Part shown: positions 57,043-64,000 of the stretch, piece after piece
Layout of the letters: each line of letters starts with the position of its first letter
How positions within the stretch are numbered: the first letter of the stretch is position 1
Origin: Octopus vulgaris
Taxonomy: Eukaryota
NCBI GenBank assembly: GCA_951406725.2
Contig: OX597819.1
Location: forward strand, 66,712,001-66,776,000
DNA: 64,000 bases
Direction of reading: 5' to 3'
The notes under the pieces: generated by a model
The model's input: the letters and a program-made list of their open reading frames with translations, nothing else
Told to the model about the DNA's origin: nothing
The model's database searches: none
Translations under genes and position numbers: made by a program

Positions 57043-57640
57043 TGTGAGAGAGAGAGAGAGAGCGTGTGTATATGTGTGTGTGTATTTGTATCTGAAAGTG
57101 GTGTTAAAGAAAAAGAGAAGGAAAGGAAGAAGAAGGAGAGAAAGAAGAAAAAAAATTTGTTGATATCTTTGCAGCTGGTCAGTCTTTCAAGAGTAAATGA
57201 TTCTTGGTTTTTAGAAATGGCAAACCCAGCTGATCACTGCAAGGGGGACAAAATGTCACTTTTCAAAAATTGTCTGGCTTTCTTTTAATCATTGTCTTGT
57301 GAGAGAGTGTTTGTATGTGTGTGTGTGTGTGTGCGCGCAAGTGTGTGTGTGTGACTGTGTATCAGAAAGTTGTGTCAAATGGAAAAGGGAATAAAAGGAA
57401 GGAGGAGGAGAGAAAGAAGAAAAATATGTGTTTACATTATTGCAACTTTTTCAGTCTTTCAATAGTAAATGATTCTTGGATTTTAGAAATGGCAAATCCA
57501 TCTGGCTACTTCAATGGGGGGCAAATTGTCACTTCTCAAAACGTTGTCTAGATTTCTTTTTTCATTGTTTTGTGAGACAGTGTGTATGTGTGTGTGTGTG
57601 TGTGCGCGTGTGTGTGTGCGTGCCTGTGTATCTGAAAGTG
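57043..57640 (+). repeat. About 2.3 tandem copies of a ~265-bp unit downstream of the Helitron helicase
   Basis: Units start tgtgaga at about 57043, 57298 and 57571; the two full units share cagtctttcaa.agtaaatgattcttgg.ttttagaaatggcaaa. Confidence 0.85.
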
Positions 57641-58269
57641 CTCTCTTTCTTTTTCTTCCCTTCTCCATCGACACCCCTTTCACTATTTTTCTTTTTTTGT
57701 TTTTTGGTCCAGTCAAACTCTTTAGTTTGACCAACAAAAGCAGCTTAGCATTCAGCAGTATAGAAAACTACGATTTTAATGTAACTGGCTGAATTTTTGA
57801 AGTAGTTTGTAATTTCAAAAGTTTCTGGTTGTCGTAACAAATTGTAGCCTCACTTCTGTACTGAAGTTAGCGGTCGCTATTGCTATAAAATATTTTGTTG
57901 CTATTTAGGTCGGTTGCAAGATTCTTTATGAGAAATAGTGTGTTGAATCAAATATTGCTGTATCATCGTAGGAAGGTCATTAGGCCAATAGTAACCCACT
58001 GACTCTAATTTCACTTGTCGTTAGACAACCAGTTAAACGTTGTAAACCAATTGACCGTTCTGTCCATCAATGAACTAAATTCGTCAGAACCTTTCTATCA
58101 TAATAAAATATTAGTCATATCATCATTTATAACAAATTTCTCCTTGTAATACCCTTTTTGCTGACCTTCAGCATTATTCTCAAAATAGCAGCGACTAATA
58201 CCACAAACAACATGACTACCAACACTCTAATATAAGTATTAACTAATTCTTGAGTGAATACTGTAGATT

Positions 58270-58710
58270 AACGCAAAAAGAGCATGTTTGATTCTGTTGG
58301 TGAAATTGTGCAGGTAAATATGTGGGACGTTAGCTACGTATACCGATAGAATGTAACAGAAAAGTGGTATGATTACGAGCCAGAGTCTCTGATGGAGAAT
58401 AATAATTATGACGTTCGTCTTAAAGATTGACCATACATTTGAAGCATGGAAATCCAATATCCAAACATAATTCTAAATGAAAAAAGAACAAAACATATAA
58501 GATCTTATGCCTAGCTTTAACAGGTGATAATAAAGTGGATACCAAAGAAATACAAAATGGGAAATATCAGGATTCAGAAGAGAGATAAAGACTAATACTT
58601 AAGACATCGAAGACTATATTGGAATTAAGACACACATCGTCTGGCTGCAGATAATTGTCATCCGGTATTCTTCGAGAATCTAATGAAGAATCTTGAGATT
58701 TAAGGGGATA
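58270..58710 (+). mobile_element. Old R4/Dong-clade LINE 3' relic (restriction-like endonuclease)
   Basis: FDSVGEIV (RHD.V..I), DHTFEAWKSN (DH.IEARRPD), GDNKVDTKE..KYQD, LQIIV....RI. Confidence 0.6.
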
Positions 58711-59440
58711 TGTTTGCACCAGACATTAAAAAAAACATCTTTGCTAACTGATATTGTATGTCATAGTTTTAAATATCGTTGTTTTTATCATTATCAACAT
58801 CAGCATTGACATCTTCGTTGTTGTCGTCGTCATCACCAAAGATTATTGCACGTTAATTAATATAACCTAATGTTCGATAACTCATGTCAAAAATCATAAA
58901 TCTTTCATAGGATTCTTAGAGCCTTCACAATTAATCTTTACTGCAGATCCAAAACGCGAGTCTCGTTTTCAATATCCTTCTGTCTCCTAGATAAAAGTTT
59001 GAATTTTGTACCAAATGCACGAATTACCAAGGAATATTTGCCATCTTAATATTCTACATTCTCTTGATATCTCTAGCTAGATCATGATATTTCTCTGTTT
59101 TATATCCTCTCTGCTACCGTATGTTATTGCAACGTCTATGATGTTACTATGATTATTTTGGCTAGTTTTACACGTCATTCACTTTCATGTTATTCTTTTT
59201 TCGCCATCTTAGTAACCAGATCACATTTCTCCATAATTAATCACATTACGTTCATTACGTTCCTCATTTTCATCATTTCCCAAATGCTTTTTAAGATGCC
59301 ATTAAATGTAGAAGGTTGAGAGTAACATATCTTTCGGATTTGAAAGCGCTTTTTGAGGGCCAACCAAGTGTAAACTAGACTCTCTAACGTTGACACGTTT
59401 CGTAACGTCAGACCATGCACTTAACAAAGGATTATAAATA

Positions 59441-59482
<42 letters not shown>

Positions 59483-59606
59483 TTGCATATATGTTTGTGT
59501 GTGTGTATATGTATGTGAGTGTGTGCGGGTGCTTGCGTGCATCTGTGTGTACCTACGTCGTGTGTATGTATTTATGTATGTATCTATCTATCTATCTATC
59601 TATCTT

Positions 59607-59688
<82 letters not shown>

Positions 59689-60338
59689 CAGATGCACATA
59701 TAGTCATACAAACTTATGTGCATGCGTTCTCACAAGTCCACACACGCACATATTCACACATATGTACGTATGTATGTATGAATGTATGTATGTATGTATG
59801 TATGTATGTATGTATGTATGTATGTATGTATGTATGTATGTATTTATGTATGTATGTATGTATGTATGTATGTCTGTATACGGCAAAGACCAGTTTCATG
59901 AAAAGATAAAGTAATGATACACTGAATGAAGTAAAAAAAATATAATCACTTAAAACTGACGAAAAGCAAGTATTAAAACACCAAAGAGATTATAGCCTAG
60001 TGTATCTAATACAGGTACGCCCAGCCACTCCATATACATTGAAGAACAAAGAATATAATCGAACCAAAATGAGAATTTGCTTGTTGCTCATATTAACATT
60101 TCTTTCAAATAGCATGACAGAAAGAATGTCGCTTACGCTGCCGAAATATTAGAAAATGATATGTCCTTCATTTAAATTCATTTAATGGGCCAAGCAAATA
60201 TCTCTCTGAATCACTTTCATTACACATTAGGCTTCATTTTTATGGACACGGTTACCTTTATTCTATTTCCCTAGTGGATTTACCTGGTAATTTTTCACCT
60301 AATTATTTCTGTCTCTGTAAACTACTCACAGACACACA

Positions 60339-60468
<130 letters not shown>

Positions 60469-60595
60469 TATGTCTACATGTGAGTATTTCTGCAGCTATC
60501 TCTTTGTCTATCTATTTCTATGTACGTTTATTTATTCATTATCAACTAGCCATGTATCTACGCGTTTCTCTTCGTCTCTTTCACACCCCCACACG

Positions 60596-60642
<47 letters not shown>

Positions 60643-60656
60643 CCCTGGCGATTTAA

Positions 60657-60692
<36 letters not shown>

Positions 60693-60694
60693 GG

Positions 60695-60736
<42 letters not shown>

Positions 60737-61484
60737 GGTGAGACATTTACATATCAGAAATTCTAATCTTTTATGCAGACTAACGCTGGGGATTTTCAAG
60801 ACGATAGAGGCATTAATAGATGCTGTTACGTGAATGAACTTTATAGAATTACCTGATTAATTGAACTGTCTGGATACAGGGCCAAACACCATTAGCCGAT
60901 TACAATATCCATGAGACGCTTCCGCTTTAAGATTTTCCTTTCCTTTCTCTTCGCTTTCGTTTGTCCAAAGTGAGAAAATTCTACAGGCGATTGTCAAATT
61001 CTGTGCTGAGTGTGATCCTGCATTTTGGCCACATAATACATGTTTTGTTCTCCATAATTCACTTTACAAACCATATGTGTTCTTTTACTTGTGTTATCAA
61101 TATAATTCTTTTTCAGTAGGCACTACCAATCACAAAGACACGTCGCTCAGACTTTACTTGCTAGAAATGTTAACTTCACGAAAGAGAAATGACCTCATGC
61201 AATCTTAATATAAATGGTCTTTGCGCTGGTACTTTTTTTATTGGTATTTTATTTATATGGATCATGCATCCTGTAAGTGATACTTTGAATGTAGGCTATC
61301 CCTTCACAGCATCCTAGATACCATAAATGTTATAAAACATTTATGCCAACATATCCAGCTAATATCTCTCTTTGTTCCTCGATGGAATGGTCACTTTATG
61401 CTTAGTAATACCGATAGTTTGAAACTACATTTCATCATAATTCCATATTAAACCATAAATATATTCCCCTTATAAACTCTAAAG

Positions 61485-62062
61485 CAGTGTTTCCCAACCT
61501 TTTTTCCCGGCGCCCCACTTTTTCATAGCAAAAGTTTTTACGCCCCACCTTTTCCCATGTCCACTCACATTTACAAGTACATGTGGGCCTACTTACAATT
61601 GAAAAAAAATCAAAAATTAAAAAATTGTATTCAAAATACAAAAAAATAGTTTGAGAATTGAAACAACAGGCACTGAAAGTGCATAACACCCAATAAATCG
61701 ATAAAATTATTACGATTTCTCATGTTTTTAAAAAATGTCAATTTATAAAGAATAAAGAAACACGTTTTTTCAGTTCAATTATTTGACGGTCAGCTCGACT
61801 AATTTAGTGAGAACCATGTGCCTGATGCATACAGCACAAGTTTTTAATTTGAGGAGACAACTTTGTTAATTTCAGTCGTAAATCGCCACGTTTTGTAATC
61901 TCAAGCCGGTTTCTCTTGGCTTCGAGCAAATTATCAACTGCACTAAAACCACATTCGACCAAATAAGACGAAGGGAAAGGAATCAGTAGAAAGGAATCAC
62001 AGCCCACGTCTATGTCCCGCGCCCCACCTGAATTTTCTCAGGCCCCACCTTGGGAATCACTG
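61485..62062 (-). mobile_element. Non-autonomous hAT (Buster/Charlie) transposon, 578 bp
   Basis: TIRs CAGTGTTTCCCAA / TTGGGAATCACTG; identical 8-bp TSD CTCTAAAG at 61477-61484 and 62063-62070; retained transposase C-terminus LIPFPSSYLVECGFSAV..KRNRL..GDLRL..QAHGSH (61804-62007). Confidence 0.95.
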
Positions 62063-62107
62063 CTCTAAAGGTATGATGATGAAAGCTCCCATTCATTAGA
62101 ACAGTCC

Positions 62108-62637
<530 letters not shown>

Positions 62638-62931
62638 AGTAAAAAAAACAATGTCAAATTTAAAAAATATTATAAAGATATAACACAAAATCTACTTTCA
62701 AGGTATGAAACCAACAGTTTAATTAACTTCCTTTATCCAAAAAAAAGTTTTGACATAAACTATGTATCTTTAAATTTACAATTAAATATTTTAATTAAAA
62801 TATAAAACCATGAGAGAGTTAAAAGAATTATAAATAGATTTACAAATTACCGACTAAAATTTCGACCACCTCATACAGAATTTATGCATTATTTTTTATA
62901 AGTCTAGGAAACCACTATGCTATATACCCAT

Positions 62932-63026
62932 GGGAATATCGCGTAGCGGTTAAGAGCGCGGGCTACTAACCTCAAGTTTCCTAGTTCGATTCCAAGCCGT
63001 GACCTGAATAATAATAATAATAATAA

Positions 63027-63057
<31 letters not shown>

Positions 63058-63070
63058 AAGAAGAAGAAGA
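62932..63070 (+). mobile_element. tRNA-like SINE head followed by (AAT)n(AAG)n; inverted counterpart of the 62606-62637 head
   Basis: A-box-like TCGCGTAGCGG, B box AGTTCGATTCC, ending GTGACC, with the same microsatellite order. Confidence 0.75.
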
Positions 63071-63718
63071 AGGAATATATTCACAGACATGACAGAGTTG
63101 GAACTTACATACATTGGAAGCTATGCCAACATTATGGAATAACAACAGAAAAAAGATGGTATAGGCACACACCAGAAAAGGTCACAGAAAACGAGAAAGC
63201 AACCATACTCTGGGATATGCCGATACACACAGATAGAGAAATTAAGGCCAACAGACCAGATATAGTTGTCAGAGACCATGAAGAAAAAAATGCTTTCTAA
63301 TTGATGTATCAATACCGGCAGATGACAACGTGTCTCTAAAAGAAATGGAGAAACTCTCAAAATACAAAGACCTGGAAATAGAGGTAACTAGAATGTGGAA
63401 TCTGAAAACAGAAACAATTCCTATCATAGTAGGTGCATTAGGCATGATAAAAAAATATTCAGACAAATACATAACAAAAACACCAGGACTTACAAACACA
63501 TATAACATACAGAAAACTGCACTACTAGGCACTGCACACATCCTACGCAGAACACTTTCCATACAATAACCATCAGAGCATCACAACACATCACAGCACA
63601 TACCCAAGGCACACAGAGCTGCGCTCGGTAGTGAAGTGAAAGCACGCTATAAAAATAAAAATAAAACTACTGAATAATAATAATAATAATAACAATAATA
63701 ATAATAATAATAATAATG
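63066..63718 (+). mobile_element. R4/Dong-clade non-LTR retrotransposon 3' end (RLE domain, 3'UTR, (AAT)n)
   Basis: KKEYIHRHDRVGTYIHWKLC..ILWDMPIHTDREIKANRPDIVV / CFLIDVSIP..EKLSKYKDL..PIIVGALG..IQKTALLGTAHILRRTL*, one frameshift in an A-run near 63285. Confidence 0.92.
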
Positions 63719-63726
63719 ATGATGAT

Positions 63727-64000
63727 GATGCAGTACCAAACATTGGTTCTCATGGCTTCTGATCTTAACTGATTGGAAGTGTTAATATGTTTATTGTTTC
63801 GTCTTAGTATAAAAGATGGGCTACAGTAAATATTCTGCTCAATACCACAGATTTGCTTTTCAGATGTTTGACCTTAACCAGTTGAGAATGTCCCTTAGTG
63901 GCTGGCGTTATATGCATCTCTGATCACGAGCGGAAGTAGTGGGTGAGCATCATAGCCATGTGTTGAAAGGAATTCTTGGAGGTTTGGATAATTCACCTCA
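63727..64000 (+). mobile_element. Copy of the 14893-15438 element, running off the window
   Basis: Reverse complement of about 15160-15433; begins right after the (AAT)n/(GAT)n tail of the Dong fragment. Confidence 0.8.

Overview
AT-rich, microsatellite-dense eukaryotic DNA with no intact protein-coding gene that I can support. The SINE families and repeat style point to a cephalopod, most likely Octopus (inferred from recalled repeat consensuses, not a database search). Almost all ORF-track entries are translations of (TA)n, (TATG)n, (CA)n or trinucleotide arrays. Supported content: one tRNA-Trp(CCA) gene with a damaged acceptor stem; many tRNA-derived SINEs of at least four families; fragments of Penelope-like elements (PLEs) and of CR1-, RTE- and R4/Dong-type LINEs; a Helitron PIF1-helicase relic; and a non-autonomous hAT (Buster/Charlie) copy with perfect 8-bp TSDs. 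The strongest unannotated signal is a set of about a dozen minimal hammerhead-ribozyme (HHR)-like motifs from several unrelated short elements, mostly inserted in (TA)n arrays. These include U3-A8 compensated cores and a composite element joining a tRNA-like Pol III head to an HHR body. An RFX X-box with a candidate first exon at about 52.4-52.6 kb hints at a minus-strand host gene.
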